From assembly GCA_943788175.1 (NCBI GenBank), contig CALSPG010000008.1:1-64000 (forward strand): a stretch of DNA of 64,000 bases, given 5' to 3'. The notes beneath the pieces are model-generated. The model was not told where the DNA came from. It was given only the letters and a program-made list of their open reading frames with translations, and did no database searches. Below, in pieces: positions 9,223-19,620 of the stretch. Each line of letters opens with the position of its first letter. Within the stretch, counting starts at the first letter, position 1. The position numbers were made by a program, and so were the translations under genes. Source of the DNA: an uncultured bacterium (GTDB lineage Bacteria; Fidelibacterota; Marinisomatia; Marinisomatales; UBA1611).

Positions 9223-9246
9223 TAAAATAAATAAGGAAATAATAAA

Positions 9247-9888
9247 ATGAAAAAATATTTAAGTGTATTTGCGTTACTTACAATAGTATTAAGTAGTTGC
9301 GCTAAAAAAAGTGATTCAAAGCCAATAGTTAAAAATATAGAAATGAATACAATTAAGAAAGGAGGTTATAAAGTTGATAGTTTTGAATCAAAGTTGGTTT
9401 GGAAAGGAAGACAATTATCATCAAAAGAGCATGATGGGACTCTAGACATTAGTAGTGGTTCAATAGAAATTGATAAATCGGGAAGAATTTTTGGTGATAT
9501 TAAAATTGATATGAAATCAATTAGTACCTCTGATTTAGAGGGGGAATGGAAAGACAAACTGGATGGTCATTTAAAAAGCCCAGACTTTTTTAATGTAAAA
9601 GGTTTTCCAACCGCAACAGTAACATTTAAGGGTAATCAAAATAAAACTACTAATGGAGAAATTAATTTTGAAGGTGATTTAACTATTAAAGGCATTACTC
9701 AGATTACAAAATTTTCAGCGAAGATAAATCAAATAGGAGATAAGGTCATTGCAACAGCATCAATTTCGTTTGATAGGTCAGAGTATGATATAAGGTATGG
9801 ATCTGGAAAGTTCTTTGATAATTTAGGGGATAAATTAATTTATGATGAAATTACTGCTGAGGTTTCTATAGTTGCTAAAATGTTATAA
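9247..9888 (+). CDS. YceI-family lipoprotein
   Basis: LSSC lipobox; HLKSPDFFNV..FPTA; GDLTIKGIT. Confidence 0.93.
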   Translation: MKKYLSVFALLTIVLSSCAKKSDSKPIVKNIEMNTIKKGGYKVDSFESKLVWKGRQLSSKEHDGTLDISSGSIEIDKSGRIFGDIKIDMKSISTSDLEGEWKDKLDGHLKSPDFFNVKGFPTATVTFKGNQNKTTNGEINFEGDLTIKGITQITKFSAKINQIGDKVIATASISFDRSEYDIRYGSGKFFDNLGDKLIYDEITAEVSIVAKML

Positions 9889-9921
9889 TTGCTAATGAAA
9901 ATATTAATAAAATGATTAATC

Positions 9922-10080
9922 AGCAGGAGGTCGGGAGTTCGAATCTCTCCACCCCGACGCTATTAAGCCTTGTTTCTCGAGAAGAAATGAGGCTTTTGTC
10001 TTTTATACCTGTTTTAGGCTGATTTCCTTAAAAATACACTAAAATGCACTAAATGCACTGGTAATACACTGGTCATTTTT
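9922..10080 (+). repeat. att unit 2: truncated tRNA-Pro fragment plus right arm
   Basis: AGCAGG...CACCCCGAC (9922-9958), hairpin, CACTAAATGCACTGGTAATACACTGGTCATTTT. Confidence 0.9.
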
Positions 10081-10111
10081 CATAGGATAATTATTTGTAG
10101 ATTTGATAAGT

Positions 10112-10729
10112 ATGAAGAAATATCTATTCATAGTTTTATTAATTGGCTTTTGGGGATGTAATATTCTTCAAAAAAAAGATATTATTGCACTTTTTGACTA
10201 TGAGCCTATTAATTATGATGGCAGTATAAATGCATTGATTGAAATTCCTGCCGGCACTTTAAAAAAATGGGAGTTTAACAAAGTAAGTGGATTAATTGAA
10301 TTAGAAATAATTAATAATAAGCCAAGAATAATAGATTATTTGGGATATCCTGCCAACTATGGAATGATTCCCAAAACATTATTAGCAAAAAAAAATGGGG
10401 GAGATGGTGACCCTTTAGATATTATAGTTATAGGGCCTCCGCAAGAAAAAGGGAGTGTTGTTAAATGCAAAATTATTGGAGTACTCCATCTCATCGACAA
10501 TTTAGAGAAGGACGATAAACTAATTGCGGTATTGCATAATTCAACATTAAATAATATCAATGGCATTAAAGAATTAGATGCCAATTATAATGGGATATTG
10601 GAAATATTAGATTTATGGTTTACGAATTATAAGGGTAGTGATGAAATAATATCAAAAGGCTTTGGTGATGAACAAAGTGCTTCAAGAATATTAAATAGTG
10701 CAATAAATCAATATTTAAATAATCAATAA
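10112..10729 (+). CDS. ppa: Family I inorganic pyrophosphatase with lipoprotein signal
   Basis: EIP.G..KWE, YPANYG.IP.T, DGDPLD, DDKL motifs; MKKYLFIVLLIGFWGC lipobox. Confidence 0.9.
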   Translation: MKKYLFIVLLIGFWGCNILQKKDIIALFDYEPINYDGSINALIEIPAGTLKKWEFNKVSGLIELEIINNKPRIIDYLGYPANYGMIPKTLLAKKNGGDGDPLDIIVIGPPQEKGSVVKCKIIGVLHLIDNLEKDDKLIAVLHNSTLNNINGIKELDANYNGILEILDLWFTNYKGSDEIISKGFGDEQSASRILNSAINQYLNNQ

Positions 10730-10795
10730 TTTTTTATATCAAAACCCCCACATTCGTGGGGTTTTTTGTTTATGGGATGATGGGTAGATTCATAA

Positions 10796-11272
10796 GTGAA
10801 AAAAATAAAAGACAATAACATTCACCATTATATGGGAATCGAATTGAATATACAAACTTGGAATCTTCTTGATAAAGTGGATAGGAATGAGAATGATGAT
10901 AGAAGAATGGTGTATTTTGCAAAAGCATCTTTGTATCATTGGAAGAAGTCACCTCATTCTAAGCCTGTGAACCAACAGAGGGGAGAGTGGTTAATCTCTC
11001 GCATTTATGCAACCTTAAAGCAAGGTGGAAAATCTTTAGAGCACGCCAATACCTGTATGGATATTACAGAAGAAGAATCCTTAAAAGATTTTGATCTCGC
11101 CTATGCATATGAATGCAAAGCAAGGGCATTTGCTAGTCTTGGTGATTCAGAGAAAATGAATGATTGTTTTGTAAAGGCAAAAGATTTTGGTGAGCAAATT
11201 GAAAGTGAAAAAGATAGAAAAATATTCTTTAATGATTTATACAAAGACCCTTGGTACGAATGTTTAAAATAA
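10796..11272 (+). CDS. Conserved hypothetical alpha-helical protein
   Basis: ASLYHW...QRGEWLISRIYA...FDLAYAYE..ARA; bounded by junction repeats. Confidence 0.8.
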   Translation: MKKIKDNNIHHYMGIELNIQTWNLLDKVDRNENDDRRMVYFAKASLYHWKKSPHSKPVNQQRGEWLISRIYATLKQGGKSLEHANTCMDITEEESLKDFDLAYAYECKARAFASLGDSEKMNDCFVKAKDFGEQIESEKDRKIFFNDLYKDPWYECLK

Positions 11273-11356
11273 TTTACAAACCCTAGCCCCACATTCGTGG
11301 GGTTTTTTGTTTATAGCCTCTCACACATTGTAGGGTAATTTTTTGTAGATTTGGTT

Positions 11357-12271
11357 ATGATTAGGCGTATATCAATACTATTGTTTATTGGGTTGTGTTG
11401 GGGACAAGAAATTGTAGAAATCAAAACCGGTTCATTTTTTGGGATGTGCTCAGGCTATTGTCTTTCTGAATTAACTATAACCGAAAGTCAGGCTGATTAT
11501 AATATTTATGGATGGGATGAGAATGACCCTGTTTACCTGCCAGTGGAAATCAGTGATTCTGTTGATTCTATTGTTTGGGAAAACCTGAATACAGAGTTCA
11601 ATTTTGAATTATTTATGAGTTTAGATAGTATAATTGGTTGTCCAGATTGTGTAGATGGTGGTGCAGAATGGTTTGAGATTGTAACAAGTGATACATTAAA
11701 AAGAGTAACCATTGAATATGGTGATTCTCTTAATGGTTTAGATAGTTATATAAATTTACTTCGTACAATTCGACAAAGTTTTGAAGAGATTCAGAAGTGC
11801 TATTATACCCCGAACCCAGGTGTTTGTTTGGCCGCTATTACCAAGTATTATTTTGACCAAGAAGAGAACGAGTGTTTAGAATTCACTTGGGGAGGTTGCG
11901 GTGGATTAGTCCCATTTGAAACTATGGATGATTGTGAATCAAGTTGTATTGATGATGGTCAACAATTATCAACCCATATTTCTCATTATCCTGTTAAGTA
12001 TGAATTAAAAAATTGTTATCCCAACCCTTTCAACCCAGTCACAACTTTACGATATGACTTGCCACAAGATGGTTTAGTTAATATCACTATCTACGATATG
12101 ATGGGAAGGAAAGTCAAGACACTCATAAATGACTCACAAACTGCAGGATTCAAGTCAGTCCAATGGAATGCAACTAATGATAGAAATGAGCCTGTATCAG
12201 CGGGATTATATCTTTATACAATACAAGCAGGGGAGTATAGACAGACAAAGAAGATGATTCTTCTTAAATAG
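11357..12271 (+). CDS. Secreted protein with Kunitz/BPTI domain and FlgD-Ig/Por-like CTD
   Basis: CYYTPNPGVCLAAITKYYFD....CLEFTWGGCGG..PFETMDDCESSC; NPFNP...KKMILLK. Confidence 0.88.
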   Translation: MIRRISILLFIGLCWGQEIVEIKTGSFFGMCSGYCLSELTITESQADYNIYGWDENDPVYLPVEISDSVDSIVWENLNTEFNFELFMSLDSIIGCPDCVDGGAEWFEIVTSDTLKRVTIEYGDSLNGLDSYINLLRTIRQSFEEIQKCYYTPNPGVCLAAITKYYFDQEENECLEFTWGGCGGLVPFETMDDCESSCIDDGQQLSTHISHYPVKYELKNCYPNPFNPVTTLRYDLPQDGLVNITIYDMMGRKVKTLINDSQTAGFKSVQWNATNDRNEPVSAGLYLYTIQAGEYRQTKKMILLK

Positions 12272-12277
12272 ATAATT

Positions 12278-12505
12278 GGTTCAATTTCCACTACAGATTC
12301 ACTGGTAAAGTTTCATTTATAGAGGGTTTTCAGCCTCCTTTGGGAGCAGGAGGTCGGGAGTTCGAATCTCTCCACCCCGACACTTTAAAGCCTTATTTCT
12401 CGAGAAGAAATGAGGCTTTTTTCTTTGTAGGCTAGTTTAGTCTGATTTACTTAAAAACACCCTAAAAAGCACTGAATGCACTGGTAATACACTGGTCATT
12501 TTTTT
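12278..12505 (+). repeat. att unit 3: left arm, tRNA-Pro fragment (12333-12381), right arm
   Basis: Near-identical to units at 14603 and 19621. Confidence 0.9.
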
Positions 12506-12528
12506 GTGGGAGGTGGGTAAACTTAGAT

Positions 12529-13755
12529 ATGAAAAAAATCAAACTTATATCAATTATAACTTTTTTGATTATTAAAAGTATAATCAATGCTCAGCCTATT
12601 CATAACATCATTTATGAAAATAAATTTCATCAAAGTATTTTACCTGAAAATCTTAATACAGCATTTTATTTATTTGATTATATAGATTCGTTTTCAATAT
12701 CTAAGGCTAATTCTGTATTTCAAAACGACTATGGTAATTCTATTCTTAGACTAAGTAAGATATTTTTTACGAATTACCTAGTTACTGATTATATGCTGAC
12801 AATGAATCATGAATTTGGGCATGGATATCGAATGATTGAAGCAGGTGGTACAATTAGAAAAATTGTTTACAATTGGCCACCACCATTTTCTAATAATTTT
12901 TCTTACATAACATTAGACTACCCAGCAAATTTCACAAAACAACAAGAATTAATGATAAATCTTGGAGGCTCTGAAATTAACTTGGTGTTTTCCGATATAA
13001 TGAGAAAAAATATTTTACTAGAAGAGAGGTTCAAGTATAATTATAGTTTTGCTTATTTATATAGCAGTAATGATATGCCTGGGTATACAGCATTTGTTAC
13101 AAGGCCAGAAGGTGACCCTGCTAGGTACAGGCAGAACCTAAATGAGTTTTATTATTCTGATAGAAAATTTTTAACCCGAGATAAGATAAAAAATTATTCT
13201 TACCTAGCACTTTTCACTGACCCAATGAATTTTTATGCTTTAAAATCTATTTTTTATGATTATGTAATAAAAGGAGAAAATAGTTCTAAAGTAGAGATGA
13301 TAAACCTTAATAGTAGTCTTAAATATCTACCAAGATTTAGGTTTGAGTACACTCCATATGGTCCAGAATTAGTATATCAGAATTATTTTAAATTTGGTTC
13401 TACACTCGCTCAGTTAAGTTTTAGCCATTCAGATTCTGAATTGCCAGATTCTTGGAGGCTTGCTGCAAATATTTGGAATGTAAAATTAATGGACAAACTA
13501 TCATTTAATTTTTCAGGCCAAATTTGGCATCAACCTGATATTGCATTTTATAAAAATGATAAATTAATAAATGTTGATGGATTGGGAGGGGAATTCATAT
13601 CTACTATTAATTATGACATGATTAAAAATAAACATCTTTATGGGTTAACATTTCAAATAGGATACAAATCAAGTGGTTATTCAATTGGTGAGCAATTATA
13701 TGAAGGAATGATAATAAGAGGTGGAGTATCTTTTCAATTAAATAAAGATAAATAG
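12529..13755 (+). CDS. Exported hypothetical protein, probable outer-membrane protein with HExGH motif
   Basis: Signal peptide; NHEFGHG; beta-strand-rich C-terminus. Confidence 0.75.
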   Translation: MKKIKLISIITFLIIKSIINAQPIHNIIYENKFHQSILPENLNTAFYLFDYIDSFSISKANSVFQNDYGNSILRLSKIFFTNYLVTDYMLTMNHEFGHGYRMIEAGGTIRKIVYNWPPPFSNNFSYITLDYPANFTKQQELMINLGGSEINLVFSDIMRKNILLEERFKYNYSFAYLYSSNDMPGYTAFVTRPEGDPARYRQNLNEFYYSDRKFLTRDKIKNYSYLALFTDPMNFYALKSIFYDYVIKGENSSKVEMINLNSSLKYLPRFRFEYTPYGPELVYQNYFKFGSTLAQLSFSHSDSELPDSWRLAANIWNVKLMDKLSFNFSGQIWHQPDIAFYKNDKLINVDGLGGEFISTINYDMIKNKHLYGLTFQIGYKSSGYSIGEQLYEGMIIRGGVSFQLNKDK

Positions 13756-13835
13756 AAATATATTTTTAGACATAACCCCCACATTGGTGGGGTTTTTTGT
13801 TTGTGGGATGATGATGTGTAGATTTATAAGCAAAA

Positions 13836-14300
13836 ATGAATAAGTTATCAAAACTTTATAAGAAAGATGTTTCTTCAATTGATTCTATAATTGATGCTTT
13901 ATATGAAATTATTTCTGGGGAAAAAGGTGAAGAAAGGGATTGGGACAGGGAAAGAAATCTCTTCTACCCTGAAGCACGATTAATTGTAGTAAAAAAAGAA
14001 GATAATCATCTTGAAACAAAAATAATGTCATCTGATGAATTTATTCAATATGCAAAACCTTTTATTGATGGGACAGGTTTTTATGAGTATGAAATTGCAC
14101 GAAAGGTAGAAGAATTTGGGCATGTTGTCCATGTTTGGTCTACCTTTGAAAGCAAATACTCTAAAGAAGATGAAAAGCCTTATACCAGAGGTATAAATAG
14201 TATACAATTACTAAATGACCAGAAAAGGTGGTGGGTTATGAATATTTACTGGAATAAAGAGACTGATGAATTCCCTTTACCAGAAAAATATTGTAATTAA
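13836..14300 (+). CDS. NTF2/SnoaL-like protein
   Basis: LYEIISG..RDWDR...FYEYEIAR...RGINSIQL...RWW. Confidence 0.8.
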   Translation: MNKLSKLYKKDVSSIDSIIDALYEIISGEKGEERDWDRERNLFYPEARLIVVKKEDNHLETKIMSSDEFIQYAKPFIDGTGFYEYEIARKVEEFGHVVHVWSTFESKYSKEDEKPYTRGINSIQLLNDQKRWWVMNIYWNKETDEFPLPEKYCN

Positions 14301-14355
14301 GAATCAATCTATCAGCCCCCCATACATTCTTGGGTAATTATTTGTAGATTGAGTA

Positions 14356-14535
14356 ATGAGTAAAAGAAGTATAATGTATGGTTTGGCTTATGGTACAAGC
14401 ATAGGAGTAGGAGTTGCAATAACTTTTGGTATTGCTCTTGAGAGTGTAGCCATCGGAATCTCAATTGGTTTAGGGTCTGGCATTTCATTGGGTGTGGCTT
14501 TGGCATTATTATTAAATAAAGGTAAAACCTGCTAA
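14356..14535 (+). CDS. 59-aa glycine-zipper membrane peptide (not in ORF track)
   Basis: MSKRSIMYGLAYGTSIGVGVAITFG...GISIGLGSGISLGVAL; ATG 5 nt after TAGATT; flanked by junction repeats. Confidence 0.75.
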   Translation: MSKRSIMYGLAYGTSIGVGVAITFGIALESVAIGISIGLGSGISLGVALALLLNKGKTC

Positions 14536-14602
14536 TCATAGGACTCATATTTAGTCTGATGTTATCAAGCCCCACATTAGTGGGGTTTTTTGTTTATAAA
14601 AT

Positions 14603-14826
14603 GGCTCAATTTCCACTACAGATACACTGGTAAAGTTTCATTTATAGAGGATTTTCAGTCTGTTTTGGGAGCAGGAGGTCGGGAGTTCGAATCTCTCCAC
14701 CCCGACGCTATTAAGCCTTGTTTCTCAAGAAGAAATGAGGCTTTTTACTTTCTAACCTGTTTTAGTCTGAATTCTTTAAAAATACCCTAAAAAGGACTAA
14801 TCGCACTGGTAATACACTGGTTATTT
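14603..14826 (+). repeat. att unit 4: left arm, tRNA-Pro fragment (14658-14706), right arm
   Basis: Same unit with 2 substitutions in the anticodon stem. Confidence 0.9.
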
Positions 14827-14912
14827 AAACACTAAATATTAACCTTAGTTAATTTATTTTAATTAAGTCTTTCTAATATGTCAGGTTTATAAAAAGCGAG
14901 GTAATTTTTATA

Positions 14913-15935
14913 ATGAAAAATTTAAAAATGACATCTTTGATGATGACAAAATATGGGAATATTAATGAATCCTTGGAGTTCCAAAAAGTTTCTAAACCAA
15001 CTATTGGTACTAAACAAATACTTATAAAAACTAAAGCAGCGAGTTATAATCCATTAGATTATAAAATTATTAGAGGAGATTTTAAGTCGGTTCGGAAAAT
15101 TGAATTTCCAAAAGGTATTGGAAGAGATGTAAGTGGGATCGTAGAGGAAATTGGACCTGATGTTGAGGGTTTTAAAGTTGGAGATAATGTATTTTCTCGA
15201 ATTAGTGAAGAGTGTGTTGGTACGATGGCAGAGTATGTAATTTCAAACGAGTCTGATGTCTCTCTAATGCCTTCAAATCTTAATTTTTTAGAATCAGCGA
15301 GTATACCTTTGGCTGGACTTACAGTTTATCAGTCTTTGATAGATATTGCGAAATTATCTGCTAAAGAGAATATTTTGATTTATGCTGGTTCTGGTGGTGT
15401 AGGAACTATTGCAATTCAACTTTCCAAATATTTAGGAGCAAATGTTACAACTACAACAAGTACAAATAATGTTGATATGGTCAAAAATTTAGGTGCTGAT
15501 AAGGTTATTGATTATACAAAGCAAAGTTTTCTTGACGATAATGAAAAGTATGATGTTGTATATGACACTTTGGGAGGCCAGCATACAGTTGATTCTTTTA
15601 AAGTTTTAAAAGAAAATGGGCGAGTAGTTTCTATCGCTGGAGATTTAGATGATATAACAGCAGAACAATTAGGTTTAAATAAGTTCATTCGTTTTATATT
15701 GTCTATGAAAGCAAGAAAAATTACAAAAGCGGCATCGAAGATTAATGCTTCCTATAGATTCTATCTTATGTCACCTAATGGTAAGCAATTAAATGAGTTG
15801 GCAAAACTTTATGAAAAAGAATCTATAAAACCAGTAATTGATAATACTTATACCTTTGAAGAAAGTATAGCGGCGATTGATTATTTATCTAAAGGGCGCG
15901 CCAAGGGAAAAGTAGTTGTAGAGTTTCCTGGTTGA
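14913..15935 (+). CDS. NADP-dependent oxidoreductase (MDR/quinone reductase family)
   Basis: NPLDYK, GRDVSG, AGSGGVG, GRAKGKVV. Confidence 0.93.
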   Translation: MKNLKMTSLMMTKYGNINESLEFQKVSKPTIGTKQILIKTKAASYNPLDYKIIRGDFKSVRKIEFPKGIGRDVSGIVEEIGPDVEGFKVGDNVFSRISEECVGTMAEYVISNESDVSLMPSNLNFLESASIPLAGLTVYQSLIDIAKLSAKENILIYAGSGGVGTIAIQLSKYLGANVTTTTSTNNVDMVKNLGADKVIDYTKQSFLDDNEKYDVVYDTLGGQHTVDSFKVLKENGRVVSIAGDLDDITAEQLGLNKFIRFILSMKARKITKAASKINASYRFYLMSPNGKQLNELAKLYEKESIKPVIDNTYTFEESIAAIDYLSKGRAKGKVVVEFPG

Positions 15936-16034
15936 ATGAAATTTTAGAATCTTTATACATCAAGCCCCACATTCGTGGGGTTTTTTGTTTATAGCCCCGC
16001 AAACATTGTAGGGTAATTATTTGTAGATTAAAAA

Positions 16035-16331
16035 ATGAAAATCACTTTAATAGCATTCGCTTTATTATTAGTTCTATCTTGTAGAACTGAAGAAGATACT
16101 TTTCTATGTAGTGCAAAGGCGACATTAAGAGATTTTACAGGATTGGATGGTTGTTCTTATGTATTAGTCCTCGATGATGAGGAAGTTCTTGAAATTGGAG
16201 ATTTAGAATTTGAGCCAGATTTTAAATTTAGAGATGGGTTGAGAGTTAGCGTTACTTATGAAGAATTAAGTAGTTCAAGTGTTTGTATGGTTGGTTCAAT
16301 AGTAAGAGTGCTATGTATAGACCCGATTTAG
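16035..16331 (+). CDS. Small Cys-containing lipoprotein
   Basis: VLSC lipobox; DFTGLDGC...SVCMVG. Confidence 0.8.
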   Translation: MKITLIAFALLLVLSCRTEEDTFLCSAKATLRDFTGLDGCSYVLVLDDEEVLEIGDLEFEPDFKFRDGLRVSVTYEELSSSSVCMVGSIVRVLCIDPI

Positions 16332-16436
16332 TATGATCTCCTTAAAAACACCCTAAAAAGCACTAAATACACTGGTAATACACTGGTCATTTTTCCAAGG
16401 TTTTTTGTTTCAGGGATGATGGGTAGATTTTTATAT

Positions 16437-16889
16437 ATGAAAATAGAATCTTATCAGCAAAAGCATTTTGAAAGTTGTATGGAAATTATTCAAAGTAATA
16501 CCCCCAAATATATTTTACCTTTTGAGCATTTAGATTATAAAAATTATTTATCAAGGAAAAGCAAAACATATTTTGTTTTTTTTAAAGATAATGATCTCGT
16601 CGCTTGTGGTGGTTATGGTTTAAATAAAACAAAAACAAAAGCAGGCTTATCCTGGGGATTAGTTCATAGAAGATACCATAACCAAGGATATGGAAGTCAA
16701 TCGATTAAATATCGATTACATCATATTAAAAGTGATTATCCAGATATTGAAATTCATTTAGATACAAGCCAACACACCTATCTATTTTTTTTTAAGTTTG
16801 GTTTTATAATCAAACAAATAACAAAAAATGGATATGGTAAAGGACTTGATAAGTATGATATGATTTTAAAAGAAGATTCAAATCTTTGA
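16437..16889 (+). CDS. GNAT N-acetyltransferase (copy 1)
   Basis: ACGGY, WGLVH...NQGYG, LDTSQHT; near-identical to 21767-22219. Confidence 0.88.
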   Translation: MKIESYQQKHFESCMEIIQSNTPKYILPFEHLDYKNYLSRKSKTYFVFFKDNDLVACGGYGLNKTKTKAGLSWGLVHRRYHNQGYGSQSIKYRLHHIKSDYPDIEIHLDTSQHTYLFFFKFGFIIKQITKNGYGKGLDKYDMILKEDSNL

Positions 16890-16937
16890 TATCCCCACAT
16901 TCGTGAGGTTTTTTGTTTATGGGTGATGAGTAAATAC

Positions 16938-17231
16938 TCAATCTCCAGCAAATGGTGTCCCAAATAATCCAACTCCAAGTTCAGCCCAAATAAGAAGAAA
17001 CATCATTACTATAATTACTATAAATACCTCTCTATATTTATAATATTTAACCTTTTTAAGTACTATTCCAATCAATAAACCAATGATGGTGAGCAATGCC
17101 CCCATAATTATAAAATCATAAAAAGACCAGTTTACTTCATCGGTTAATTGCATCGCTATCAATGGGATTAAAAGTAAGAGCCCAACTATAGGCAAGATTT
17201 TAATCATCATATTTAACAGAAAATATAACAT
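16938..17231 (-). CDS. Small membrane protein (copy 1; start uncertain)
   Basis: LIPLIAMQ.TDEVNWS..DF...LIWAELGVG.FGTPFAG. Confidence 0.8.
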   Translation of the reverse strand: MLYFLLNMMIKILPIVGLLLLIPLIAMQLTDEVNWSFYDFIIMGALLTIIGLLIGIVLKKVKYYKYREVFIVIIVMMFLLIWAELGVGLFGTPFAGD

Positions 17232-17448
17232 TTGTATTCTCATACCTTCATTTGTATAAATCAGTTCCACATTCGTGGGGTTTTTTGTTTACAGCCCCGC
17301 ACACATTGTAGGGTAATTATATGTAGATCAATAGGTAATTAAGTATCTTTTTTTGAAAATAAGTTTTAAGTAATACTTAAACTATTTTGTATTATACTTA
17401 ATACTGACTATATTCCACTTTAATAATCTAAATTATCGAATCTATAAT

Positions 17449-17739
17449 ATGCCTATTTCAATTCATCTAGATACTATGTTAGTAAAGAGAAAAATCTCAC
17501 TCACCGAACTATCGAAAGCAGTAGGGCTTTCTTTGACAAATTTATCTATGTTAAAAAATGGAAATGTTAGAGGTGTTAGGTTTGAAACTTTAGAAAAAAT
17601 TTGCATTGTATTGAATTGTCAGCCTGGAGATCTACTTGAATACCAGCCTTATACAGATGAAAAAAATGACAAAAATAGAAGAGATATATTTGAAATAATA
17701 AGTAAGAATCTTATGAAATTGAAAAACAAGGAGACTTAA
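17449..17739 (+). CDS. Xre/YozG-like HTH regulator
   Basis: SLTELS...NLSMLKNG...RFETLEKIC..L.CQPGDLLEY. Confidence 0.92.
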   Translation: MPISIHLDTMLVKRKISLTELSKAVGLSLTNLSMLKNGNVRGVRFETLEKICIVLNCQPGDLLEYQPYTDEKNDKNRRDIFEIISKNLMKLKNKET

Positions 17740-17740
17740 T

Positions 17741-18082
17741 ATGTTAGAAAATTTATTAAATGGTGGACCTTTTATGATGGTATTATTCTTATTAGTTGGT
17801 GGTATCATTTTTATTTCAGTAAAAAATATCAAAGAGCCCTATAATACAAATAGTATTGTGTTGTTAGGTATTTTCAGTGCTTTAGTTGGTATCTCATCTA
17901 CCTACATTGGAATTAATGCCGCATTTAGTCTAGTACCAGAGATTAGTAATATTTCACCTCAGGTTTTAATTAATGGCATAAAGACATCATTAATTACATC
18001 ATTTACTGGGGGAATTATTATGCTCATTTCAACAGCGCTATGGTACTTCTTTATAAAACGACACAATCTGCTTGTTGTTTAG
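17741..18082 (+). CDS. Three-TM protein, MotA/TolQ/ExbB-like
   Basis: GGPFM N-terminus; three TM helices; ISPQVL.NGIK.SLIT. Confidence 0.7.
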   Translation: MLENLLNGGPFMMVLFLLVGGIIFISVKNIKEPYNTNSIVLLGIFSALVGISSTYIGINAAFSLVPEISNISPQVLINGIKTSLITSFTGGIIMLISTALWYFFIKRHNLLVV

Positions 18083-18147
18083 ACTTTCCCGCATTTATGG
18101 GGTTTTTTGTTTGTGGGATGATGGGTAGATTTGGAGAAGAATAATTC

Positions 18148-19614
18148 ATGCGATTATATATTTTTATTTTATCATTCATAACTTTTACTAATGCTACTCA
18201 AGTTACCTTTATTATTGATATGTCCGAGGAGATAGTTGTTGCGGGCGAGGGGAACTACCCAGCAGTATATGTTTCAGGATCAAATTTAAATGGTCCAGGT
18301 GGTATTGAAATGACTGATAATGGTGATGGTACTTGGGAATTAACAACTGACCTTGAATCTGGAGACTATACATACAAATTTAGGAATGGATATTATGATT
18401 ATTGGGATGGTCCTGGTTGGGAGAGTGATAATGGCCTTATTGAAGGTGGCTGTGCTTCCGGTGAATATTTTGATAGGATAGTAAGTGTTAACAATAGTGA
18501 TATAGTAGAAGGAGTTTTTTGTTTTGGAAGTTGTGATGAAAACTGCTCCGGTGATTCCATTGAGTATAGACTTATTTGGAATGATGAGTTTGATGGCAGT
18601 GGAGCAATAGATCCTTCAAAATGGTTTCATCAAACACAGTTACCAAATGGTAATAGTTGGTTTAATAATGAACTTCAACATTATACTAATCGATTAGATA
18701 ACTCTTATGTTAGTGATGGTACTTTAAAAATAGTTGCAAAAAAAGAAACATACACTGACCAAGGTCAGACTAAGGAATACACATCAGCAAGGCTAAACTC
18801 AAAATATGCTTTTACATATGGTAAAGTAGAGATAAAAGCAAAATTACCTGAAGGAGTTGGAACCTGGCCTGCTATATGGATGCTAGGTCAAAATATAAGT
18901 GAGTCAGGAGCATATTGGCAGACCCAAGGCTATGGAACTACATCATGGCCTCATTGTGGGGAAATTGATATCATGGAACATTGGGGTGCCAATCAAAATT
19001 ATGTGCAAAGTGCATTGCACACACCTTCAAGTTATGGAGGAACAATCAATCATGGTGGCCAGTATATTTCGAATGCTACTACTCAATTCAATGTTTATAC
19101 ACTTGAGTGGACTTCAGAGCAAATGATTTTCAGTGTTAATGGATATGTACATTATACATATAATCCTGATATTCAAAATTCTGAAACTTGGCCCTTTGAT
19201 TCTCCTCAATATTTATTGATGAATATTGCAATTGAAACAAGTATTGCCTCAAGTTTCACTGAAACTGAAATGGAATTAGATTATGTCAGGGTTTATGAAG
19301 CCTCAATACTATCGAGCCAAGCAGAAACTGTACCTAATGATTTTAATGTAATACAAAATAATCCCAATCCTTTTAATCCAGTTACAACATTAAGATATAA
19401 ACTACCTAAAGAATCTTTTGTTAATATAACCATATATAATATGTTAGGTAATCTTGTGAATAATCTTGTAAGTCAAAAACAGATTGCAGGATATAAATCA
19501 GTTCAATGGAATGCTACCAATAATAAAGGTCAGCCAGTCCCAGCAGGATTATATCTGTATACAATACAAGCAGGAGAGTATAGACAGACAAAGAAGATGA
19601 TTCTTCTTAAATAG
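18148..19614 (+). CDS. Secreted GH16 glycoside hydrolase (laminarinase-like) with N-terminal Ig/CBM-like module and CTD
   Basis: WNDEFDG, YTSARL, WPAIWMLG, catalytic EIDIME; CTD. Confidence 0.93.
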   Translation: MRLYIFILSFITFTNATQVTFIIDMSEEIVVAGEGNYPAVYVSGSNLNGPGGIEMTDNGDGTWELTTDLESGDYTYKFRNGYYDYWDGPGWESDNGLIEGGCASGEYFDRIVSVNNSDIVEGVFCFGSCDENCSGDSIEYRLIWNDEFDGSGAIDPSKWFHQTQLPNGNSWFNNELQHYTNRLDNSYVSDGTLKIVAKKETYTDQGQTKEYTSARLNSKYAFTYGKVEIKAKLPEGVGTWPAIWMLGQNISESGAYWQTQGYGTTSWPHCGEIDIMEHWGANQNYVQSALHTPSSYGGTINHGGQYISNATTQFNVYTLEWTSEQMIFSVNGYVHYTYNPDIQNSETWPFDSPQYLLMNIAIETSIASSFTETEMELDYVRVYEASILSSQAETVPNDFNVIQNNPNPFNPVTTLRYKLPKESFVNITIYNMLGNLVNNLVSQKQIAGYKSVQWNATNNKGQPVPAGLYLYTIQAGEYRQTKKMILLK

Positions 19615-19620
19615 ATAATT

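Noticed and set aside
14312-14575. 87-aa minus-strand ORF
   Set aside because: Shadow of the plus-strand 14356-14535 gene; it begins and ends in junction repeats.
14590-14790. 66-aa ORF
   Set aside because: Lies wholly within att unit 4 and the tRNA fragment.
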